Assembly: GCA_965112735.1 (NCBI GenBank)
Contig: OZ218952.1
Coordinates: 1,550,001 to 1,614,000, forward strand
DNA length: 64,000 bases
Reading direction: 5' to 3'
From: Phaeosaccion multiseriatum
Lineage: Eukaryota > Protista > Ochrophyta, other classes
The position numbers and the translations under genes were made by a program. Positions within the stretch are counted from its first letter, which is position 1, and every line of letters begins with the position of its first letter. The notes below the pieces were generated by a model. That model saw only the letters and a list, made by a program, of their open reading frames with translations. It did no database searches and had not been told where the DNA came from. Positions 48,785 to 64,000 of this stretch are shown in pieces.

Positions 48785-49934
48785 ATGCCCACGAGCAGGA
48801 GCGCTGCGCTCACCTGCCTGGCTGCAGCATGCGTCCTACAGGCGGGGCACGCGTTCTTGCCCAGCAGCGGAGCCGCTCTCAGCATGGGACGGGTGGCGGC
48901 TGGGCTGCAGACACCGGCGGGGCCTTCTTACGCCAGGAGCAGTCTCTCCATGGCTGCTGATGGCGAAAAGAAAACAGTTGTGGTGGTGGGGAACGGCATG
49001 GTGAGTGGGGGCTCAGCGTCTCGCCTTTGCGAAAGCCGGCAGAAACATGCCACACAGAGACCGTCGCTAGTCATTGGGGCGACGGGCCATCCTTCCTGAT
49101 GTCTCCTTTATCCTCTCTCTCCTTTAATGAGAGAGTTTTCTTTTCGTTTCTTTCGATTCATTCTTTGCTTCTCTCCTCTTTCGCGACGTGATTAGGTGGG
49201 CCAGCGATTCTGCGAGACTATGACCGATCTCGACGAGAACAAGGACTGGAAAGTGGTCACATTTTGCGAGGAGCCGCGCTCCGCCTACAACCGCATGCGA
49301 CTGACGGAGTACTTTACCAAGCGTGACCTCGACGACCTGAGCCTGGCCGGTGAGTATCTTCCGGAGGGCGACCGGACGGCGTGGTACGAGGAGCGGGATG
49401 TGGACCTCCACGTGGGCGACAAGGTGACGGCCATTGATACGGAGAACAAGGTTGTGACGAGCGCACAGGGCAAGTCCATCAAGTACGACAAGGCCGTTCT
49501 CGCAATGGGCTCTTTCCCCTTTGTGCCGCCCACGCCGGGTATGGACCGCGACGGGGTATTTGTGTACCGCACCATTGAGGACCTCGAGGCCATGATGGAG
49601 TACCAGAAGAAGCACGGCATCACCAAGGCGGCCGTCATCGGGGGCGGGTTGCTGGGCCTGGAGGCCGCCAAGGCCATGTTCGATTTGGGCATGGAGACGC
49701 ACATTATTGAGTTTGCACCCATTCTCATGTGCAGGCAGATCGACCAGGCAGGGCACGGTATCCTCTCCGGCATGATCGAGCAGATGGGCCTCAAGGTGCG
49801 TGTGTGTGTGGAGGAGTTGGGGGGTGAGCAGGCGGATTGGGCTCCTTGTCTTTTCCTTCTTTCTTCGCTCTCATGCATGCAACTTACGCCCTTACCTCTT
49901 GCACCTTCCCACCCATGCCTTGCACTCACCCACC

Positions 49935-49973
<39 letters not shown>

Positions 49974-52900
49974 AGGTGCACTGCGACGCCCGCACGTCCG
50001 AGGTGTTGGGCGACGACGAGGGCCGCACCAGGGCCCTGCGCTTCAGCAACGAGGGCTGGGATGACCTTGACGTGGGCATGGTGGTGGTCTCTGCAGGCAT
50101 CCGACCCCGCGACGAGCTGGTCAAGAACAACGAGGGCATCGCGACACACGAGCGAGGAGGGGTCATGGTCAACGACATGCTGCAGACGAGCAACAAGGAC
50201 GTGTACGCCGTCGGAGAGGTGGCGTTACACGGATCCATGATCTACGGGCTCGTGGCTCCGGGGTACACCATGGCTGACAATGTTGCCAAGAACCTGCTGG
50301 CGAGTAAGGGTGAGGCACTACTGGAGCCCGACCAAGAGCCGGAGGAAGGGGCGCTGCTGTTCAAGGGGGCGGACATGTCGACCAAGCTCAAGTTGATGGG
50401 CGTGGACGTTGCGAGCTTTGGCCAGTACACGTACAAGGAGGACGACGAAGACGTGCAGCCCTTGGTGTGGAACGACCCCTTCTCGGGCGTGTACCGCAAG
50501 CTCGTCTTCAACAAGTCCGGCACCCGCCTCTTGGGAGGAATGTGCGTGGGCGACGCCTCGGACTACACCCTCCTCGCGGGGCTGGCCAAGACGGGCGAAG
50601 AGTTGCCCTCGGCGCCCCGCACCATGCTCCTCCCGGCAGACACGGGCGCCTCGGGTGGCGGGGCCACCGTCGGAGTGGAAGACATGGCCGATGACATGCA
50701 AGTGTGCTCTTGCAACGACGTGACCAAGGGGGCCATCATGAAGGCCGTTACAGAGGGCGGGTGTGACAACCTCGCCTCGGTCAAGACATGCACCAAGGCC
50801 GGCACCGGCTGCGGTGGATGCGAGCCTTTGGTCAAGAACCTTGTATCGCACGCTATGGAAAGCATGGGACAGTCCCTGTCCAACTCGCTGTGTGAGCACT
50901 TCGACTACACCCGCTCCGAGCTGTTTGAGATTATCAAGATTAACAAGTACAAGTCCTTCGAGGAGGTGCTGGAGAACCACGGCGAGGGTGACGGGTGCGA
51001 GACGTGCAAGCCCGCTGTGGCGTCCATCCTGGCGGGCATCTGGAACGACATGATCCTCGCAGACGGGCGCGACGTGTTGCAGGACACCAATGACCGCAGG
51101 TGAGTGAGTTGGATGGTACGAAAGTAGTGAGGGGCTGGGCAGTAGCGCACTCGAGGGAAGGGGAAAGTGGTACGGGGTGTAGTCAGCTGCTGCAGTCAGT
51201 CACATAACGCCTCCTTGACATATCTCTTCTCATCACTTGGGACTCCGCCCGTGCCATCCCCTGCCATCCTCTCCCCAGCCTGGCCAACATGCAGCGAGGC
51301 GGCACGTACAGCGTCATTCCCCGAGTGGCCGCCGGAGAGATCACCCCCGACATGCTCTCCTCCATGGCCGACGTGGCCAAGGAGTACAAGCTCTACACCA
51401 AGATCACGGGGGCGCAGCGCATCGACCTTCTGGGGGCGGAGAGGCACGGTGAGTGGGGGATGAGTTGGAAGTGAGGGGGTGGAGGGAGGGCGAAAGAGGA
51501 GCCAAGTAGCGCGTCAGTTTCGTGAGTTTCCCTGCCCGGGATGTGAAGCGGGTGTGGGAGGGGGGGGAGGATGAGTGAGGGGTGGGGGGATGAGTGAGGG
51601 GTGGGAGTGCGAAAGAGGAGCCAAGTTGCGTGTTAGTTTCGTCAGTTTCCCTACCTGGGGTGTCACTCACTCACTCCCTTCCTCCCTCTGCATGCCTTCC
51701 TACCCCCGCCCCAATAGACCTGCCCGACATCTGGGAGAAGCTTGGAGAGGCAGGATTCGAGTCTGGTCACGCATACGGCAAGGCCCTCAGGACGGTCAAG
51801 GCCTGCGTGGGCAGCACGTGGTGCCGCTACGGCATGAACGACTCCATGAGTCTTGGAGTGCGCATCGAGAACAGGTATGGAAATGGACAGTGGGCATGGA
51901 AGGGGGCCTGCTCTTACACTGATTTGCCGACTCACTGACTGACTAGCACCAGGGACTGATACTAACGCTTGGCATTTGATATTCATTTGACATGCGCTGA
52001 CACCAGGTACAAGGGCCTGAGGTCGCCGCACAAGCTCAAGGGAGGAGTCAGCGCGTGCATCCGAGAGTGCGCGGAGGCGCAGGGCAAGGTGAGAGGGAGG
52101 CGACAAGCAGCGAGCGACGGTGGCAGGGGTGGGGGAGTGAGTGACTTTTGAATTCAAAGCAAGTCGTCTCTGACTCAACCTGTCTTATCCTCCCACTAGT
52201 CAAGGTTTGAGACAACGATATAATTGTATTTTCTGTGGTGACGCTAGCTTACGGATGTACGTGTTTGTGTGGCGTGTGTTTTGCCCCTCACCTGTTACTT
52301 TTGTCTCGTGTTGTCTTTCGCGCCCCCCCCGCCCCCCCTCCCACAGGACTTTGGGTTGATTGCCACTGAGACGGGATTCAACTTGTACGTCGGGGGCAAC
52401 GGAGGCGCCCAGCCCAGGCACGGAGACCTCATTGCAACAGGCATCGACGAGGACACCGCCGTCACCTACATCGACCGCTTCCTCATGTACTACACCGCCA
52501 CGGCAGAGAAGCTCGAGCGAACGGCAAGGTGGATGGAGCGCATGGAAGGAGGTGAGTGAGTGAGTGAGTGAGTGAGTGAGGTGGGTGCGTCAGTGGGTCA
52601 AGTGTAGTCCTGTTTTTTTTTCCTTTGCTCTTGTTCGCACCAGTGTCGTTTTTTTGCTCACTCACATACTCCCCCTCCTTCTCCAGGCGTGGAGCACTTG
52701 AAGGACGTGATCATCCACGACAAGCTCGGAGTGTGCGCCAAGCTCGACGCTGACATGCAGTACATCGTAGACACTTACCAAGTGAGTTAGAGGATGGCAG
52801 TGGATGGTCAGCGATGGGATAGGAGGGTGCGGGGAGAAGACAGTGGCGGGCGTGCGCGAAGGCATGCGTTGTTTGTTGTCTGCCGGGTGCCTCTTTTCCA

Positions 52901-53772
52901 CCATCCAGACCAGTTCGTATTACCTCTGTCCTCTTTCTCACGCGCCTCCTCCCCTTCCCTTTATGGCCTGCCGCCCTCCCCGCCTCCCCTCTCTTGGTGC
53001 CCAGGATGAGTGGGCCACGGTCGTTGCGGACCCCGAGCGCCGAGCGCGCTTCAAGCAGTTCGTCAACACGGACGAGCGCGAGAGCACCATCTCCACCACC
53101 ATGACCCGTGGACAGCTGCACCCGGTGGCCTGGCCTAAGGACGCAGACATTGAGCCGCTCAACGCGCCCAAGAAGGCCATGGACGTTTTATCCGGAGCCA
53201 AGAAGTGGTACCAAGTGGGCATGGTCAAAGACTTCCCACAAGGGGGCGGAGCGACGGTCAAGTACGGCAAGTCTCAGCTGGCGGTGTTCAACCTGTCCAA
53301 GGCCAGAGGGGAGTGGTACTGCACGCAGAACGTGTGCCCGCACAAGCGCGCTCTGGTGCTCTCGCAAGGGCTGACCGGCTCCAAGGACGGGGCGCCCAAG
53401 GTGGCCTGCCCTCTGCACAAGAAAAACTTTGACCTCTCTACAGGGGAGTGCTTCGACGCTGAGCCGGAGGAGGGCATGGACCTCATGTCCTTCCCCGTCA
53501 AGGTGGAAGAGGGTGACATGTCTGTGTGGCTGGAGCTGCCCCCGGCCTCGGAGCTGGACCTCATCCTAGCCACGGAGAAGGTGGCCATCTCTGCAGGGCC
53601 CGGGGAGGGGGAGGAGTGCGCGGCGGGCTGCGAGCAGGAGACCGTGGGGCCTCTCGCAGGGGCGCAGAACAATTTCATCCCCCTCAAGGGCGCGCCCGCG
53701 GCTGTCAAGGAAGCCGCAGCCGCAGCCGGGGTGGCTGGCGGGGCTGGAGGGGCTGCGGCAGCGAGCGGTTAG
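48785..53772 (+). CDS. nirB: NAD(P)H-dependent siroheme nitrite reductase, NirB-NirD fusion, with a predicted bipartite plastid presequence; 9 exons
   Basis: MPTSRSAALTCLAAACVLQAGHA-FLP presequence; VVVVGNGMVG (FAD), AVIGGGLLGLEAA (NAD(P)H), BFD-like VCSCNDV...GTGCGGC, DTNDR-LANMQRGGTYSVIPR, siroheme/4Fe-4S ligands CVGSTWCRYG and GVSACIRECAEA, Rieske NirD CPHK...CPLHKK. Confidence 0.97.
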
Positions 53773-54266
53773 TTTGAGGGTGGGGGGAAGCATGCGAGGG
53801 AGGGACGTAGAGCGAGTCGTGTGTGCCTTGGGGGGGCTTTTTCGATGTAGAGAAAAGAAAGATTAAAGTCTCCAGCAAGAGTGGGCTATACGCTTCGGCG
53901 CTATCGCTCGCCTTGACTGTAGAGTTGGGTCGACGAGCCCTTGGCATCGGTTTATGGATAATGTATAATGTATGTAACATTTTTGCATTGTCAAGTCTCG
54001 TTCAGAGCCCCGACCGTCTCTCTCAGATGAATCAGAAGGACTGGCGGTTGTTGGTGGAAGGGGTATGGCCGGTTGCGCCCTTCGTTCTCGGAGTCTCAAT
54101 AGGCAGCTGGTGCTGCTACAAATGTAGCACACAGTAACACAGCCACTCAAGTCTCGTTTCTGCGAGGGCAGAGACGAGCACCACCGCGAAGATGATATAT
54201 GTATGTACAGTACTCCCTCTTGGGATGGGGGCATGAATCTTCCAAGGAATCAAGGTTATCGTAGGG

Positions 54267-55708
54267 TTAGGATGCTGTGGACGAAGGTGGTGGTGGTGGT
54301 GGTTGTGGTGGCGCTCCCTGACTCAGAGTGGCGCTCTCCATCTTCCGCTTCTTTGCCCCCTTGCGGATTGGTGCCCTTGCCATATCTGCCCTCCCCTCAT
54401 GTAGCAGGGCAGCCAGTCGCGAAGTGACCCTCTCGCGTCGCTGCGCGTTGGTTGGGGGCGAGGTGGGGCTTGGGACACTGCATCCAGAAGTCGCCGCAGC
54501 ACCCGCAATGGCAGTAGCAGTAGCACCACCACCACCACCACCATCAGCAGCAAGAGCAGGTGCCGAAGCAGGAGGACCAGCCCATACGTGCTCGGCGTTG
54601 GCCAGTACAACCAAGCGCAACACACGGATGGGAGTGGATTTCCATGTGTACTTCTTGGTTCTGAGGAACTCTCCGAACGCCGCCCAGTCGAACGTCTTGC
54701 CCTTGTACTCCACATCTCGCCACCAGCTCGGTTCCTCAGCCTTCCCAATGTAGTACCGATGTCCGGGATGGGAAATCCCCTGCGTATTCATCTGGGAACA
54801 ACGTGACCTCCTGGGCTTCTTTCCCTTCCTCTCACCGTCGTCGGACCGAGCCTCCTCAGCCTCCTCAGCCTCCTCCTCCTCCTCCTCCTCCTCCTCCTCT
54901 TCCTCCTCCTCCTCCTCCTCCTCCTCTTCCTCCTCCTCCGGGCTGAGTGTGCCCTCGAGGATTCGGTCCTCTCTTGCCCTCTTGCGTGATATCCGTGCTC
55001 GTAGCACGCCTCGGGCATTTTCTTTCATCAACACGATGAAAACGATGCGCACCTCCTCATCGCTGACTTTCGCAACAATCTCCTTTGCACTGCTGACCTC
55101 ATTCATCCCCTCAACAGCCATGACCGACCGTGGTACACGCTGAAACACTTCGGTGCGAAGGGCCTCGCTCACAGACATGCTCCCCACTGCCTGAGACAAG
55201 AGACTACTGCCTGGGTAAGCAAGGGTCACGACTCGTGAGCCCTCTCGTCGAAGGATCACCATCTCATCGTCCAAGCCCGTCAACTTGGTTGCAAATTTGT
55301 AAAGCTCCTTCCTGTAGCCATTTCTCAGTGCCGCTTGCGCCTCCTCGCCGAGCAAACTCGCCCCTCCAGAGAGTAACTTCTTCGTCGTCATTCTAATGGG
55401 AGGGATGTACGGGAGATGAGGGAGAGGGTTCTGGTCAGATTCAGGGTCGACAAGTGGTGCTGGTCCTGAGAAGGGTAGGGGGAAACGGACGACAGGACCA
55501 GAAGGCTGTACCAAGCATTGACGACCACAAAACAGGAGACTACGTGCCTGAAAGTTCTCACGTTGTTGGTGCTAGCTGCTTCTTCGTTTGCGACAGATGA
55601 GGAAGGAGCGGTAGCGGCAGCAGCGGTAGAAGCAGGAGCGGCGCAAGCAGCGGCGGCGCTGACGCTGAGGCTTCCAGCGCTATTGGTTTTCTCCTGCTGC
55701 AGTACCAT
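54267..55708 (-). CDS. Putative transcription factor with an NRF1/EWG-like DNA-binding domain; exons 55708-55562 and 55505-54267
   Basis: A phase-0 GT-AG intron joins MVLQQEKTNS... to the 415-aa ORF. Blocks RKELYKFATKLTGLDDEMVIL, VAKVSDEEVRIVFIVLMKE, GKAEEPSWW and IRVLRLVVLANAEH; poly-E tract; basic NLS-like RKGKKPRR and KGAKKRK. Confidence 0.6.
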
Positions 55709-56521
55709 AGTAGCCCCGTTTTCCCGAGCCGATTGAGGAAAGTGAAAGCTCGCGTAAAAAAAAAAAAAAAAAAAAAAATGATGTGGGCATGTGCAGCTGT
55801 TGTGTGTTCGGATTCGCAACGGCAGCCGTCGCATTTCTGTTGAGATTGGACATCGCTCGCTCATCGTCCTGCCTGCACTCCCAGAGACGACTCAGGCCCC
55901 GCCCCCCTCCCTCCTTGTCTCCGACAACTATGTCGGCAGCATCAGGAGCATCAGGAGGAAGAGCGGAACCAAAGAAGCAAACCAATGGAAGGATGGCAGC
56001 TTGGGGCGCTGGTGGTTGAGACCGCGATGAGATTCAAAGAGAACGAGAAGAGAAGGGAGATTCAACTAACGCTCTATGAGAAAGGAGCCGCTAATCCTGA
56101 CCCTGACCCTAACCTTGAGCCTGACACCGAGCCTGGAAGGACCATGTGCTGACTGAACGAAAGGCCAAATCTGATCCTCTTTAGCGAGGCAGGCAGGTCA
56201 AGAGCGAACAAGGAGGGGCAGACGGAAGGGACGGCGGCGAAGGAGAGGCAGGGCAGGGGAGGGAAGGAGGGAAAGCCTGCCCTCTTCTGCGCGAAGCAGG
56301 AGGAGCAGGAGAAGGTTCCAGCAATGCGCCCAGCAGGAATGTGTGGCCGTCTCAGGGGCGTCTGAGTTTGAGCACATCAAGAAGCAGCAGGGACACTCCG
56401 CCCCTGAGATGGGCGCACATTCCTGTTGAAAATGTAACGCCAGGGCGTGCTCCTTCTTGTGCCGCCGACGAAGGTCCTCGACGCCCGTGTGCCACTCCCT
56501 CTCTGTGAGGTTGTTGGTTTC

Positions 56522-56706
56522 CCAAGCCACGAGATGTGCTGCAATTTCGCCCACCGGCTTCTTCTGTAGCTCTTCCAACCATCCTTGGTCCTCCTCCAAG
56601 GATGCAGCAGGGACATTCTCGCCAGTCCGGCGTGGAGGAGGACAAAGGGTGGTTGGAAGAGCTACAGAAGCAGGTGGGCGAAGTTGTGGCACATCTCGTG
56701 GCTTGG
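56522..56706. repeat. Imperfect inverted repeat (hairpin): arms 56522-56598 and 56633-56706
   Basis: CCAAGCCACGAGATGTG...TCTGTAGCTCTTCCAACCA...TCCTCCTCCA is the reverse complement of TGGAGGAGGA...TGGTTGGAAGAGCTACAGAAG...CACATCTCGTGGCTTGG. Confidence 0.9.
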
Positions 56707-57180
56707 CGGCGACGCAAACAGCAGCAGCAGCTGGACGAGGAGGAGGATCAAGAGGAAGCGGGGGGAGGGGGGGGGGAGAAGGAGGTGGAAAAGGAGGGGG
56801 GGGGGGAGGGGGAGGAGGAGGAGGGAAGGGAGGAGGAGGAGAAGGAGCTGCAACACGAGCAGTAGCAGCATCAGCAGCACAGGGACGCAACAAGGGGAAG
56901 AAGGCTTTCGTCCCTGATGCCTCTATGGCTGGCAGCGCCCACGCCGGGAAGCGAAACGTCCCTACCCGTCAGGGTGGGCACTAATGGGTGCTCTCTTCCC
57001 TCGTTGCCGGGAGGGAACCACCCATCGGGCAGCTCGGCGGACGGATGGTGTGCCGCTACTCTCGGGTGCGCCCAGAGAAGGGAGAGGCGGAGAGGCTGGA
57101 TCCCGTCGGCGTTGGGGGTGGTGCTGGTGGGACTGCTTCTGCTGCCGCTGCTGCTGCTGCTGACGGATGGAGTGATCGTC

Positions 57181-57560
57181 CGACGCTTTAGTGATAAGGA
57201 ATGAAAGAGGAAGTAGCGACCTCTCCTCGCTCCTGCGCTCCGCAATCACATCGCTTCACCCTCCTCTCTGTCTCCCTCGCTCGCCCCGCCCTCCGAAGCT
57301 ATAGCTACTTGCGCTGGACTGGAGCAAAAGCGAAAGGCATTGACTCTTACTTCTGCTGCTGCTGCTGCTGCTGCTGCCGCTATTTCTACTACTATTGCCG
57401 GATGCTTTATAGTCGGATGCTTTATAGTCGTAAGAAACGAAAGAGGAAGCAGCGACCTCTCCTCCTGCGCTCCGCGCATCGTTTCATCCGCCTCTCTCCC
57501 TCGCTCGCCCCGCCTTCCGAAGCCATAGCCACTTGTGCTGGACTGGTGCAAAAGCGAAAG
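57181..57560. repeat. Imperfect direct repeat, 2 copies of ~150 bp (~57181-57336 and ~57415-57560)
   Basis: GAAAGAGGAAG(T/C)AGCGACCTCTCC...CTCCCTCGCTCGCCCCGCC..CCGAAGC.ATAGC.ACTTG.GCTGGACTGG.GCAAAAGCGAAAG occurs twice. Confidence 0.9.
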
Positions 57561-57948
57561 ACCTTTTTTCTCTTGTCTCAGCCCCCTCTCTGACTCTCTT
57601 CTTGTTGTCTCTTCACCGCGCAGCCCACAAAGCCTGGACCCCAGCGATTGTGGCGATAGTGGTGGTGGTGGTGGTGGTGGTGGTGGTGGTGGTGGTGGTG
57701 GTGGTGGTGGCACTGCTGCTTCTGCTTCGCCGGGCATTGGGCCGACGCCTTTGTGGTCAGGAACGCGAGGTCAGAAGGGGTGGTTACATTTGCAACAGCA
57801 GCCGTTACGTTTTCCCTTTCCCGCCTACACTTGACCTGTGCGTTACAGAATTGTTGGTTTTGCCTTTGAGCCTTCAAAGGATGGAATAGTGAACAAGAGC
57901 TTGAAGGGCTTGAGCCAGGGTCAGCACTACTTACTCTAGACAAGTAAA

Positions 57949-63025
<5,077 letters not shown>

Positions 63026-64000
63026 AGCACAGGGTAAGGGGGAGAGGGTTGACAAGGCGAAGAGCTCGGGCCACTGGCATGCTTCTTCTCGCTCCCATTG
63101 GTATGGGTGGTCGGGACGAAGGATGCAATAGTGGGCGACTCGAGCCCCCCTCCCTCCACCCTTAGATGGCAATCGCCAACCTGTGTGTGTGTGTATGTGT
63201 AACACGTGAACCCCCGACGCCTCTAGTAGAGGAGGGTCTAACGTCGGGGGCTCAACTTGGTGAACCCGTTGTGGAAAAACGTTTCAGTGTCAGTTCCGCG
63301 GTGTTATTGTCCTTTCCCTTGAGGGGGGTAACTTGAAAGCGCCTTCTATGTGATCTATGTTGGGGCCTAGAGCCCTTAAAGCTGGACTAGAGAGTGGCAG
63401 ATCTAGCTTCAAGCTACTTTGGGCCCTCCATCTAAGGGGGGGGGGCTGCGGAGTCTCTGTCTGTCCTGTCCCCTGTCCCTGGTAATTGAATGAATGCACT
63501 TGAGCATTGGAGAAGATACACACAAACCTGCCTTGACAGTCTCGCCCCCACCGAAAGACCCAAGAGAGGCTCAATCAAGGCCGTCCTCTTTGGCCCACTC
63601 CATGTTCGGAGCCGAGACTGACAGCGCAGCGAAGCGCAAGCATAGAACTGCTTCGAGGGCAGGAGTGAGAGGAGTGAAGGCTCGCCGTTGCCCCCCGCCC
63701 CCCTTTCTGCTGCTTGCTGCCCATGCCCCTTTGGGTACTTCTGTGTGCCCTGCTGCCCACGTGTATCATTTCGGAGGGCGAATAGCTGACTGCGTGTGCG
63801 TGTGCGTGCGCGTATGTGTGTGTGCGTGTGTGTGTGTGCGTGTGTGTGCGTGTGTGTGTGCGTGTGTGCGCGTGTGTGTGTGTGCGCGCGTGCGTGCGCG
63901 CGTGTGTGCGTTTGCAGTAACACCAACTCATGACGTGAAGTAATACCTTCTCTTTCTTCCTTCCCCTCCCCTCCCCTCTCCTCATCACTCATTGCAATCT

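Noticed and set aside
56090-56125. Telomere-like CCCTAA/CCCTGA hexamers
   Set aside because: Only about 4 degenerate units; too short to call an interstitial telomere.
63158-63438. Short inverted repeats (CCCTTAGATGG/CCATCTAAGGG and GAACCCCCGACG/CGTCGGGGGCTC) as a MITE or terminator
   Set aside because: Arms are only 11-12 bp, with no TSD; not supportable without other genomic copies.

Overview
This is a GC-rich, microsatellite-dense eukaryotic genomic window with canonical GT-AG introns. It most likely comes from a photosynthetic stramenopile (ochrophyte): the EF1A looks stramenopile-type and two genes carry bipartite signal-peptide + 'AF' plastid presequences. Genes from left to right: a low-complexity coiled-coil protein with a SPICE1-like N-terminal motif (+); two near-identical, intronless EF1A genes in a head-to-head palindrome; a Tgs-family cap guanine-N2 methyltransferase with a long Q-rich N-terminus (-); a long-chain acyl-CoA synthetase (+); a secreted precursor with a Cys-rich C-terminal domain (-); ULK4/RUNKEL (-); OST4 (+); cytosolic HSP70 (+), preceded by two MITEs and duplicated HSE-like elements; a decayed pogo/Fot1-type transposase (-); a Cys-rich putative GPI-anchored protein (-); a plastid-targeted myo-inositol dehydrogenase (-) divergent from a plastid-targeted NirB-NirD nitrite reductase (+); a protein with an NRF1/EWG-like DNA-binding domain (-); and a secreted double-GH16 + 3xCBM1 glucanase (+). 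The most notable leads are the NRF1-like factor, the iolG/nirBD plastid pair, the PAM2-bearing DPPW-type cap methyltransferase, the EF1A palindrome, a dispersed 16-mer embedded beside CTG-type repeats, and G-rich-5'/C-rich-3' self-complementary introns. All homology calls come from motif recognition by eye; no searches were run.
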